Below, in pieces: positions 7,624 through 16,573 of a stretch of 28,835 nt of DNA. The translations under genes were made by a program, and so were the position numbers. Every line of letters begins with the position of its first letter. Within the stretch, counting starts at the first letter, position 1. Below the pieces are notes generated by a model. It had not been told where the DNA came from. It did no database searches and worked only from the letters and a program-made list of their open reading frames with translations. Origin of the DNA: Hormoscilla sp. (GTDB taxonomy: Bacteria; Cyanobacteriota; Cyanobacteriia; Cyanobacteriales; Desertifilaceae); assembly GCA_051439505.1 (NCBI GenBank), contig JBFRWI010000084.1, positions 1-28,835 on the forward strand. Direction: 5' to 3'.

Positions 7624-8995
7624 TCCTCTGTGGTTGCCGTGGCCGGTTCTGGTAGCTTGGTGCCGGGGCTATCCGGGGACTCGGACTTCCCTGTTCCAGA
7701 AACTCCCTCACATCAATAAACAATGCTGCATCATCATCGCTTTCCCACAGACTTGGCGCACTCGCCTCTCCTCGACGCAGTCGCATGAATCTATCTAGGG
7801 TTTCATTTCCATCTTGACCTGGCTTCAGAGTATAGATCAAACCCCGACATTGTCCTGCCTCCGTCGCCGCGCAGATGATCTCCTGACCATTTTGCCAACC
7901 CACGCCGATGTAATTCAGTTGCCGGTTGCGACGGAAGTTTTCCAGGCGGCCACTCACTATTTCGCAGCGACGCAGGGAGTCATACCCCGCATCGGCAAAA
8001 TGATCTGAACCCCAGTTAATCCATACTTCCGTTCCCCCGGCACGACTTTTGTATCGGGTTTGTGGGATCCCATTACTGTTGTCGCAGTAAAATCCTGACT
8101 GCGCCGGTGCTGCACTCATTGGCTGCGGCTGTACCGGGGTATATTGCGCCACCGCATTTTCCACGCTGATGTAGTTACTGCTACATGTATCCACCTGACG
8201 GCGTTCCATTGACTGGCCATTTTGAAACACTGCTTTGATGTCATACATGCAGTCACCACTCAGGTTCGCGTTCACCGACTGACCGTTTCTTAGGGCTCCA
8301 TGGCCTAACTGCTCTTGACTCCAGGTCCGAGACCCCGATGAATCGACGTACAATGCTACGATATTCTGACCTGAGTTGTTCTCGATTCTGAGGCTCCTTG
8401 TGGTTGGCTGTAGTACCCTGTCAATCTGCAAGATTACTCCATTGATCACCTCTAGGGGCCTATTTTGACCTGATCCGTAATTCAACCTCGCCGCATTATT
8501 CAGCACCACTTCCCTTGTCTGCTGGTTCACCTGGATCCTGATTGTTTCTCCTCCCAGAGTCCGGACTTCTCCTCCTCCTTCTTCTATCAGTGCCGGGGGG
8601 ACTTCTCCCACCAGAATGTGGTTGCTGACAAATCTCGCCAGATCCTCTCTGGAACCAGATCTCAACATTTGCTGCATTGACTGGGAGTTCAGTGCTGCAT
8701 TCGTCGGGGCAAAAATTGTCACCTTCTCCAAACTGGCCAATTGCTCCGTCATCCCCGCCTGCTCCAAAGCCTCACCAAACCTTCCCAATTGACTGCTTGC
8801 TTCCAATCTCTCGCTAATGCTGAGATTGTCTTCTGATTCCCACATCCCCGTGTCTGCCATGGGTTGGAATAGGCTATAGGGCCCCAATTGCGCTAGGGCC
8901 GCTGGCATACTCAGCAAAGTGCTAGCCCCCACCGCCGCTAACGTGCTTGTCAATGATTTTACCCACCTTCGGGCCTTCACTCTCTGCATGGTCAT
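7598..8995 (-). CDS. Secreted fasciclin (FAS1) + small beta domain + COP23 domain protein
   Basis: Signal peptide (PAALA-Q); FAS1 VTIFAPTNAAL...NGVILQIDRVL; COP23-type FYC...RRCEIVSGRL...NGQEIICA...C..LIYTLKP; AGAGGAG RBS before ATG 8995 (ORF open to 9031). Confidence 0.85.
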   Translation of the reverse strand: MTMQRVKARRWVKSLTSTLAAVGASTLLSMPAALAQLGPYSLFQPMADTGMWESEDNLSISERLEASSQLGRFGEALEQAGMTEQLASLEKVTIFAPTNAALNSQSMQQMLRSGSREDLARFVSNHILVGEVPPALIEEGGGEVRTLGGETIRIQVNQQTREVVLNNAARLNYGSGQNRPLEVINGVILQIDRVLQPTTRSLRIENNSGQNIVALYVDSSGSRTWSQEQLGHGALRNGQSVNANLSGDCMYDIKAVFQNGQSMERRQVDTCSSNYISVENAVAQYTPVQPQPMSAAPAQSGFYCDNSNGIPQTRYKSRAGGTEVWINWGSDHFADAGYDSLRRCEIVSGRLENFRRNRQLNYIGVGWQNGQEIICAATEAGQCRGLIYTLKPGQDGNETLDRFMRLRRGEASAPSLWESDDDAALFIDVREFLEQGSPSPRIAPAPSYQNRPRQPQRNDGGMREL

Positions 8996-9547
8996 TTCTC
9001 CTCTATTTTTTCTGCTACCTCTTTCTCTCATTCTATCTATCGTTTTATCTATTACTCAATTTTCTTGCTTAAAATCATGTTAAATTTTATTGCATATCTA
9101 GTTATTCCGGCCCCAAATTGATTATCGGTATCAAAAAAGTAAATCAATTGATGAGAAAGCCAGGAGTAGCAAGGGTGAAACCGGGTTGGGAGGTTCATTT
9201 TTAACGAGATATCAAGGATCTGACGCTCTTAACCCGATAACATGAGCTGGCGTTCTAGAGACTGTTTCGTGGCATCAGAAAATTGCTCTTGGTTATGATA
9301 TACTTATAGAGGATGGGGTCAGCAGCAAAAGCCGAGGCCGGGAAAAGGCATTTGCTGGTCCGATGACGCCGGTTGAGAGCACGGTAGGGCTTTCAGAGCC
9401 GGTGTATGAGAAGGACCGGTGGAGACCTCCGCAGTGACCGGGCAGGAGAAAGTCTGCTGATTGGCTACTGTTCCAGAGAAGTCAATGATATGATGGCAGT
9501 ATTGCGGGACGAGGCTCGAAAGATAAGTACGCTAGTAGGCAAAGAAC

Positions 9548-11662
9548 ATGCAGGTAAGTGAGGGAACAGTAGTAGGGGTTCGTTACAGGATCGTCCGCCA
9601 CCTGGGAGGCGGAGGGTTTGGTCAAGCTTTCTTGGCGGAAGATATCCATAGTTTTGGCGAACAATGCGTGGTCAAAAAACTTCAGCCTAGTTCGCCCCAG
9701 GTGCTGGAAAAGGCCCGGACATTGTTCGATCGCGAAGGAAAAACCCTGCAAAGGTTAGGGAAACACGACCAGATACCGCGCTTGTTGGCATACTTTGAGG
9801 AAGCAGAAGAGTTCTATCTGGTTCAGGAATTCATCCCAGGACGCGACCTCAGCAGAGAACTGACTCCAGGGAAAAAGTTGAGCGAGCCATATGCGAGAAA
9901 ACTATTGCGGGATGTATTGCCAATATTAGAGTACGTGCATTCCGAGCAGGTGATTCACCGAGATATTAAACCATCGAATATAATTCGCCCACCGGGCGGC
10001 AAGCTAGTATTGATAGATTTTGGGGCAGTTAAGCAAATAACTCAGAGACAGTCTCACGCTACTATTATTGGCACTCCGGGCTACACGCCGAGAGAACAAG
10101 CGATCGGAGATCCAAACTATAGTAGTGATATTTATGCCTTGGGCATGGTAGCGATCCAATCTTTGACGGGTATGGCCGCTAGAGACATACCACGACACCC
10201 AGATACGGAAGAGGTGATGTGGCGAGAACTGGCGAGTCCGGATCTCGGCGAGGCATTGGTTGGGATCTTGCGGAAAATGGTGCATCCCGACCATAGAAAA
10301 CGCTACCAGTCAGCTACTGAGGTACTGGAAGCTCTGGCAGAGACAACGACAGAAGGATATAAGCCGACACAGGTTATTACTCCAGGATATCCTGATGCAG
10401 AGAAAACACAAAGTGGCAATCTGGAACCCCCAGAGGAACCATCAAAGATAGGGCCATTATCTGTAAAGCCCTGGCATGCGATCGCAGGAGTAGCTGGTAT
10501 GGGGGTGCTGCTGCTGGTGGTGGAAATGTTCTACCCGATCGCGCGTCCGTTTTATTATGTTCGCCAGGGAAGGCAGCTGCTCGAAGAGTTTCAACCAGAG
10601 AAAGCATTGGTGAAATTTGAGAACAGTACAGATTTGCGCGACGATTACAGGGAAGGTTGGAAAGGCCAAGGAGATGCTCTGTTGACTCTGGGCCGTTATG
10701 AAAGGGCTCTGACAGCTTATCAAAGGGTGCTGCTGGAACAAAATGACCCGAAAAATTTGAATAATCAAGGGAAAGTTCTGTATAAATTGGGACGCAAGGA
10801 GGATGCTTTGGTGGCCCACGAACAGGCGATCGAACTGGATCCTAATAATGCTAGCGCTTGGCAGGGGAAAGGAATTGCTCTGATCGGAATGAGAGAGTTC
10901 GACAAGGCCATTGAGGCATTCGACAAGGCGAAGAGTATTTCCCCCAATGACCCGCGAGTATGGCAAGCTAAAGGCATTGCTTTGGGGTACTTGGGCCGGA
11001 GACCAGAAGCGTTGAAGGTATACGAAGAAGCCTTGGATAGCTATGATAAAAAGCTGGAAAAAGAGCCGGAAAACTTGACTGCATGGGTTGACAGAGGGGA
11101 GGTATTAAATCAATTGGGCCGTCCGCAAGATGCCCTAGCATCATATGAAGAGGCGCTGAAAATTAACCCGCAGCATTATCCAGCTTTAGTGGCAAAAGGG
11201 AATGCCCTGGTAAGATTGCAGGAACCAGAGAAGGCCCTAGAGGCTTATGATGAAGCTATAGAGAGCAGGAATACGGATTATCTGGTTTGGTACAATCGAG
11301 GAATCATACTATCGAGAGTATTGCCGCAGAAAAAAGAAGAGCAGCAAGAAAAACAAGAATACCTTCAAGAAGCCCTTAAATCTTTTGAGAGAGTTCTGCA
11401 ACTAAAGTCGGAATTCTATCCGGCTTTGAAGGAAAAGGGCGTGACTCTGATTTTCCTGGAAAAATACCAAGAGGCCCTGGAGGTGTTCGATCGGGCAAAA
11501 GAGATTAATACCCAGGATCCTTATCTTTGGATCAACAGAGGGGATGCATTGGCAAAACTGGGGAAAACAAGAGAGGCGAAAAATTCTTATGAGAAGGCAT
11601 TGGCATTGAAGCTCCAACCGGACGAACGAAAACAAGTGCAACAAAAGCTGGAAAATTTGTGA
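9548..11662 (+). CDS. Membrane Ser/Thr protein kinase (Pkn2-type) with C-terminal TPR array
   Basis: LGGGGFG, VVKK, HRDIKPSN, DFG, GTPGY, SDIYALG; TM segment AIAGVAGMGVLLLVVEMF; about 10 TPR-like repeats. Confidence 0.95.
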   Translation: MQVSEGTVVGVRYRIVRHLGGGGFGQAFLAEDIHSFGEQCVVKKLQPSSPQVLEKARTLFDREGKTLQRLGKHDQIPRLLAYFEEAEEFYLVQEFIPGRDLSRELTPGKKLSEPYARKLLRDVLPILEYVHSEQVIHRDIKPSNIIRPPGGKLVLIDFGAVKQITQRQSHATIIGTPGYTPREQAIGDPNYSSDIYALGMVAIQSLTGMAARDIPRHPDTEEVMWRELASPDLGEALVGILRKMVHPDHRKRYQSATEVLEALAETTTEGYKPTQVITPGYPDAEKTQSGNLEPPEEPSKIGPLSVKPWHAIAGVAGMGVLLLVVEMFYPIARPFYYVRQGRQLLEEFQPEKALVKFENSTDLRDDYREGWKGQGDALLTLGRYERALTAYQRVLLEQNDPKNLNNQGKVLYKLGRKEDALVAHEQAIELDPNNASAWQGKGIALIGMREFDKAIEAFDKAKSISPNDPRVWQAKGIALGYLGRRPEALKVYEEALDSYDKKLEKEPENLTAWVDRGEVLNQLGRPQDALASYEEALKINPQHYPALVAKGNALVRLQEPEKALEAYDEAIESRNTDYLVWYNRGIILSRVLPQKKEEQQEKQEYLQEALKSFERVLQLKSEFYPALKEKGVTLIFLEKYQEALEVFDRAKEINTQDPYLWINRGDALAKLGKTREAKNSYEKALALKLQPDERKQVQQKLENL

Positions 11663-11676
11663 TTGTCACTGACCAA

Positions 11677-12939
11677 TTAAAGTAAACTGAGTTGGGTGGG
11701 TTGGGAGTCAGGAGAAGATTGGGGCAGATCGCCTGCTAGTATTTCCTCGGCGGTGGCGATCATTTCCGAGGCGATATCCTTGAGGTCTTCTCGGTTATCG
11801 AGATACATTTTTAATGCTTCTATGGGATCGATACCTTTACCGACCCCTAGTTCGGGTAAGCGGGCACGGGTTTGTTTGGCGACTACTTCTGGTTGGATGC
11901 TGTAACTGTGGGCGCTACTCAGACATGCGTGCAATGCTTGGTTATCAATTAGGTCTATTCGATCCGATCGCAGCTGGTAGCTGAGGCGAACTACTGCATC
12001 TGTAATGTTTTTTTTCTGAATTGCTTTCACTAAAGCTGCTTGGGGATCGGCGGCGGTGGTAACATTCACCTTGATGGTCCTAAAGTTACGCACTGGCAGG
12101 GGACAGAACTCTAGGTGGGCCCGACCTTTTGCTAGCTGTACTAACATAAAACCTTTTTCTTCTTTTTCCTCGCTGAAGTCAACTCGTTCGATACTACCCG
12201 GGTAGACAACGGGGGGGTCTTGGCAAAGTATCTGGTGTTTGTGGACATGTCCCAAGGCGACATAATCAAAACTTTCACGTGCTAGAAAGGAGAGGGGTAC
12301 CGTGAAGCCTTTGCCGACAGCGAGGAAGCGTTCGGCCCCATACCGAGCATTATCTACCATTAAATGTCCTAGCAAAACTGTAGGCATGTTGGGGTCTAAA
12401 CGGCGAATCTGTGCTTCTAAGATAGCTCCCAGGCGATCGAGTAATAAATGATTGACTTCTGATAGAGATAGTTTTTCGGTTTGTTTAGTGGTCAGCAAAC
12501 CGGCGCGAGTTAACCAGGGTAGGGCGATAACCTGTATGGGGCCGTTACGGGTGACAATACGGTGAGTACCGATGCGATCGCCCACGACAAATCCGGGCAC
12601 TCCCAAGGTACGATAGATGCAGAGACTGGCCCCACCTTGACCGTGAGTATGTTGATCGTGATTTCCCACTAGCAACACTGTGGGAATTTTAGCTTCAACT
12701 AAGCGGTAAAACTGATTGGCAAAGGCGGACTGGATGTAAGGCGCTGGGGTGGCGTCGGGGAAGGCATCCCCCCCAAACAGCACTAGATCTACTGGTTCTG
12801 CTATGGCCCGATCGATGCAGAGGGACAGAGTATAGACGAAATCATCAAATCTGCTATTGCGACCTGTCTCGGGGTTAATCTTGCCGTGGGAAAAACCGCT
12901 GCCCAGGTGAATATCTGATAGGTGGAGAATTTTGATCAT
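11677..12939 (-). CDS. sbcD: Exonuclease SbcCD subunit D
   Basis: Metallophosphoesterase motifs HLSDIHLG, GGDAF, VGNHD, ALGHVHKHQ, YPGSIERVDFSEEKEEKG. Confidence 0.93.
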   Translation of the reverse strand: MIKILHLSDIHLGSGFSHGKINPETGRNSRFDDFVYTLSLCIDRAIAEPVDLVLFGGDAFPDATPAPYIQSAFANQFYRLVEAKIPTVLLVGNHDQHTHGQGGASLCIYRTLGVPGFVVGDRIGTHRIVTRNGPIQVIALPWLTRAGLLTTKQTEKLSLSEVNHLLLDRLGAILEAQIRRLDPNMPTVLLGHLMVDNARYGAERFLAVGKGFTVPLSFLARESFDYVALGHVHKHQILCQDPPVVYPGSIERVDFSEEKEEKGFMLVQLAKGRAHLEFCPLPVRNFRTIKVNVTTAADPQAALVKAIQKKNITDAVVRLSYQLRSDRIDLIDNQALHACLSSAHSYSIQPEVVAKQTRARLPELGVGKGIDPIEALKMYLDNREDLKDIASEMIATAEEILAGDLPQSSPDSQPTQLSLL

Positions 12940-13025
12940 GGTGAATTGTCAATTGTCAATTGTCAATTGTCAATGGCGAATGGTGAATTGTCAATTGTCA
13001 ATTGTCAATTGCGAATGGTGAATGG
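12937..13025. repeat. Heptamer short tandem repeats (STRR-like)
   Basis: Runs of TTGTCAA and TGG(T/C)GAA units. Confidence 0.85.
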
Positions 13026-13043
13026 GAAAATATTAAGCATAGT

Positions 13044-14927
13044 TTATTCCCATTTTGGACCGATCGGGGTGGCACGCAGACGCCATTTTACTTCTGGGGA
13101 AAAGACTTCTAATAGACCACTGTTCAGTTCTTGCTTCACGTAAGGACTGGATAGTACAGGCCAGTCCTTGAGGATCCTTTCTCGGCCATTGATGCTGGCA
13201 CGACTAATGCCACTATTGGGCAGGTAGGTCATCTCCAGGCGATCACCCTCTAAGCTAGTATAAGCTAACTTACCTTTGCTCGCCAGTTCTCTACTATCCA
13301 CTTGCGTGCGATCGAGGGCGCGAGTCAAACTCCTCCAGTCGGGATAGTCAGCAACTCTGGCCACATCAGTTATCCAAGCGGTATTGATGCCATTTGCTAC
13401 TAATGTCTGGTAATCTTTGTGCTTTTTTGATACTCGTTCTTGCCAGCTAATATTTTCCCCCCAGACACGAACGCACAGCCAGCTGTTCTCGATCCTCCAA
13501 ATGTACCAATCTCTATGTTGCTGTGGTTTGCCATAACGCCTTGGCAAAACTAGATGGGAACTTGCGGGCACTCCCGCCTCCCGGTCCCGATCGCTCAACC
13601 GTAACTGATATATTACAGTACCTTTTGATTGCAAATATTGATCGCCTGGAGAACTGCCTGTGGCCATGGGGTTATGAAAAATTCCTCCTAAAGATACCAC
13701 GGCATTGTGAACACCCTTGGGGTCCCGGACCACTAGCTTGTAGGTAGCATATTGAGCATTGATCGTACCCCGAACTTGATAGGAACGTTGGGGGTTCAGC
13801 AGCGTCCCCAGGCTGTAGTCTTCCGTCACATAGAATGTTTCCCAAAATCTGTTGCCCTGATGATAGCTATAATAACCGGGGTGACTGGCTTTCAGCATAA
13901 ATGGCAATGGCACTTCCTTGCGGGCGATCGCCCTTAACTGGGGTGGCGGACGGTAGCCACTCAAGGCCGCAGGTATGGCCACCCGGGCAGAATTTTTCAC
14001 CAGGCGTTCGGCAGTTTCGGGGCCCGATCCCCACCAAACCCAAGCCAAAGCAGCTAACCCACTCTCATCCCAAGTGCCGCGATCGAAACCGCGACTTTCC
14101 GCACCCCCAACCGTTCCCCAACTCAAGCGTACAGCCATATTCGCAGCCAACCAATCTAAAGCAGCCTTAGCTAACTGTCGCCGTTCCGGCGTCTGGGCGA
14201 AGTCGTAGAGATTGAGTAAACCGCCAATGCTGTATCCATAGTAAGTAGAAGAATGGAACTCACCCTGTCCAATAGTTAACCACTTGTTCAGTTCCGATCG
14301 CAGCCACGCCTCATTGGTAGCAGCGGTAGCAGGATCTCCAACAGGCCACCCACTCCCATCCATCAAGGCCAGACCGGAAACTCGTTGCATGAACATATGG
14401 TTTTCTGTACCGCCGGAGTCCCATTCCAGAACGCGCGGGAGTTTCAGCATGCTGCGGTAGTCCGCTTTGACTTCCGGGGGCATAATATCCCGGAAGAGAA
14501 AAAAGATGCGAATGTCGAATATACTGCGAAAATGGTAGAGGTCTCTTTTGTCTCGTTCTAAATTCAGCAGAATGTCCCAAATCTCCGAGCGCTCCTTGTA
14601 TTGCTCTGGTAAGCTCAACCGTGAGAGAATGACTGGCAGTAGATATTTGTGGGGGTCGCCAATGTTTCTCTGTCGCCACCAGTCATCCAGTTTATCTAAG
14701 TCCCGGGCGGCTATTTTCTCCCGGATCGCCAGACTGCGGGCCGCCGCCCCAACCCCCGCCGCCCCAACCCCCGCCGCCCCAACCCTAAAGGGTCGGGCTA
14801 CAGTTACGAAGCCCGCCTGCGCGGGCTTTTCATCGGGGACTCTTTGACGGTCTGACGGGGGCCCGATCGCGTCTGACGAAGCCATCAAGTTGACGATGGC
14901 TACTAGGAGCATAATTTTTACTTTCAT
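13044..14927 (-). CDS. Uncharacterised, probably secreted 627-aa protein
   Basis: Long Trp-rich ORF, hydrophobic N-terminus, motifs GTENH and GQGEFHSSTYY; function not recognised. Confidence 0.8.
   Translation of the reverse strand: MKVKIMLLVAIVNLMASSDAIGPPSDRQRVPDEKPAQAGFVTVARPFRVGAAGVGAAGVGAAARSLAIREKIAARDLDKLDDWWRQRNIGDPHKYLLPVILSRLSLPEQYKERSEIWDILLNLERDKRDLYHFRSIFDIRIFFLFRDIMPPEVKADYRSMLKLPRVLEWDSGGTENHMFMQRVSGLALMDGSGWPVGDPATAATNEAWLRSELNKWLTIGQGEFHSSTYYGYSIGGLLNLYDFAQTPERRQLAKAALDWLAANMAVRLSWGTVGGAESRGFDRGTWDESGLAALAWVWWGSGPETAERLVKNSARVAIPAALSGYRPPPQLRAIARKEVPLPFMLKASHPGYYSYHQGNRFWETFYVTEDYSLGTLLNPQRSYQVRGTINAQYATYKLVVRDPKGVHNAVVSLGGIFHNPMATGSSPGDQYLQSKGTVIYQLRLSDRDREAGVPASSHLVLPRRYGKPQQHRDWYIWRIENSWLCVRVWGENISWQERVSKKHKDYQTLVANGINTAWITDVARVADYPDWRSLTRALDRTQVDSRELASKGKLAYTSLEGDRLEMTYLPNSGISRASINGRERILKDWPVLSSPYVKQELNSGLLEVFSPEVKWRLRATPIGPKWE
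14741..14828 (-). repeat. 15-bp tandem x3 plus palindromic dispersed repeat, in frame inside the CDS
   Basis: CCGCCGCCCCAACCC x3 (14741-14785); ACCCTAAAGGGT hairpin; AAGCCCGC-CTGC-GCGGGCTT (14809-14828). Confidence 0.8.
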
Positions 14928-14959
14928 TTCGGATGCTTCTCAAGCTACACCTTGATATT

Positions 14960-16489
14960 ATGAAGGATAAAAATGGTAAAGTCTACTTGCTAGGGGCTGG
15001 GGTCGGAGATCTTGACTATCTTACCATCAGGGCCCATCAATTACTTGCCCGAGCGGAAGTTTTAGTTTATGATGCTCTCGTGGATAGTCATCTGTTGCAG
15101 TTAGTCCCCCATAATTGTCTGCAACTGCATGTGGGGAAACGGGGCGGTCAACCCAGTACGCCCCAAGCACAAATTAATCGGTTGCTGGTAACATACTGTC
15201 AGCAAGGCAAGCAGGTAGTGCGGCTGAAAAGCGGCGATCCGTTTATTTTTGGTCGCAGTCGGGCGGAAATCGAGAGTTTGATTGCTGCTGCTTGTGATTT
15301 TGAGGTGATTCCCGGCATTTCTTCAGCTACCGCAGCACCTTTATTGGCCCTCATTCCCCTGACCGATCGGGACTTGAGTCGCTGTTTTGCTGTGGTGACG
15401 GCTCACGATCCTGCTATACTAGATTGGCAGACTTTAGCCCAGATTGATACCTTAGTAATTTTAATGGGAGGCCGTCGCTTATCGGAAATTGTACTACATT
15501 TGCAAGAAAATGGCCGATCGCCTTATACCCCGATCGCGATTATTCGCGCTTGCGGTACCCCCCAGCAGCATATTTGGACAGCACGACTAGAGAACATTGT
15601 CCGGGAAACGGCGGGAGAATCTCTCTCGCCAGCGGTAATGGTAATTGGAGAAGTGGTAAAATTGCGAGAATATTGGCTTCATCAGAAAATTATGGATGTA
15701 CCACCACCATTGACAGGGAAAACGATCTTAATAACCCGTTCGGCGGGACAGTCTAGTCAATTTCGGCAACTGTTGCAACAGGAGGGCGCGCGGGTAATAG
15801 AAATGCCAGCGTTGGAAATAGGACCGCCTTCCAGTTGGGAGGCACTGGATAATGCTATATTAAATTTATCGGACTTCAGTTGGTTAATTCTCACTTCCGC
15901 TAACGGCGTAGATTATTTTTTTGAGAGACTGGAAGCAAACCGGAAAGATAGTCGGGCCTTGGCCGGAGTAAAAATAGCAGTAGTCGGGAAAAAAACAGCT
16001 ACCAGTTTGCAGCAAAGAGGTTTACAACCAGACTTTATCCCCCCAGAGTTCGTAGCGGATGCTTTGGTAGCACATTTCCCGGAGAAATTAGAGGAACAAA
16101 AAAAAATTCTCTTTCCCCGGGTAGAAAGCGGCGGGCGCGCAGTGTTGGTCAAGGAATTAACGGCCAAAGGGGCAGAAGTGGTGGAGGTTCCTGCTTACGA
16201 GTCTCGCTGTCCCGAAGAAATAGCGCCTTCAGCGCTCTTAGCCCTGCAAGGACAAGCAGTAGATGCGATCACTTTTGCCAGTTCTAAAACTGTGAAGAAT
16301 TTCTGTAATTTAATAGCAGCAGCAGGTGATGTATGCTTAGATAAGATCTGTATTGCCTCGATCGGGCCTCAAACCTCCCAAACCTGCCGTCAACTGTTGG
16401 GGCGAGTGGATATTGAAGCACGGGAGTATACTTTGGAGGGGCTCAAAGAGGCGATCGGGCAATGGGCCAGGTCGGACGGTAGTCAGTAG
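14960..16489 (+). CDS. cobA: Uroporphyrinogen-III C-methyltransferase / uroporphyrinogen-III synthase fusion (CobA-HemD)
   Basis: VYLLGAG, VYDALV, VRLKSGDPFIFGR, VIPGISS; HemD half GKTILITR, TSANGV, FASSKTV, SIGPQTS; start 14960 preferred to 14933. Confidence 0.93.
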   Translation: MKDKNGKVYLLGAGVGDLDYLTIRAHQLLARAEVLVYDALVDSHLLQLVPHNCLQLHVGKRGGQPSTPQAQINRLLVTYCQQGKQVVRLKSGDPFIFGRSRAEIESLIAAACDFEVIPGISSATAAPLLALIPLTDRDLSRCFAVVTAHDPAILDWQTLAQIDTLVILMGGRRLSEIVLHLQENGRSPYTPIAIIRACGTPQQHIWTARLENIVRETAGESLSPAVMVIGEVVKLREYWLHQKIMDVPPPLTGKTILITRSAGQSSQFRQLLQQEGARVIEMPALEIGPPSSWEALDNAILNLSDFSWLILTSANGVDYFFERLEANRKDSRALAGVKIAVVGKKTATSLQQRGLQPDFIPPEFVADALVAHFPEKLEEQKKILFPRVESGGRAVLVKELTAKGAEVVEVPAYESRCPEEIAPSALLALQGQAVDAITFASSKTVKNFCNLIAAAGDVCLDKICIASIGPQTSQTCRQLLGRVDIEAREYTLEGLKEAIGQWARSDGSQ

Positions 16490-16560
16490 TCAGTGGTTAG
16501 TAGTCAACTGACGTCGGTGGGCAGTGCCCACCCTACCAACTGACAACTGACAACTGACAA
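16480..16560. repeat. Heptamer repeats flanking a GTAG REP
   Basis: TAGTCAG units, GGTGGGCAGTGCCCACCCTAC (16516-16536), CAACTGA x3. Confidence 0.8.
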
Positions 16561-16573
16561 TGGAGGGAGAAAT

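Noticed and set aside
4173..8008. Plus-strand ORFs opposite the porin and protease genes (e.g. 5707-6177, 6918-7499)
   Set aside because: Antisense shadows of well-supported genes with no motifs; the same applies to the shadows of the kinase, MCP, pentapeptide and surface-protein genes.
12922..13143. ORF MENFDHGELSIVNCQLS...
   Set aside because: Translation of heptamer tandem repeats, overlapping two real genes on the other strand.
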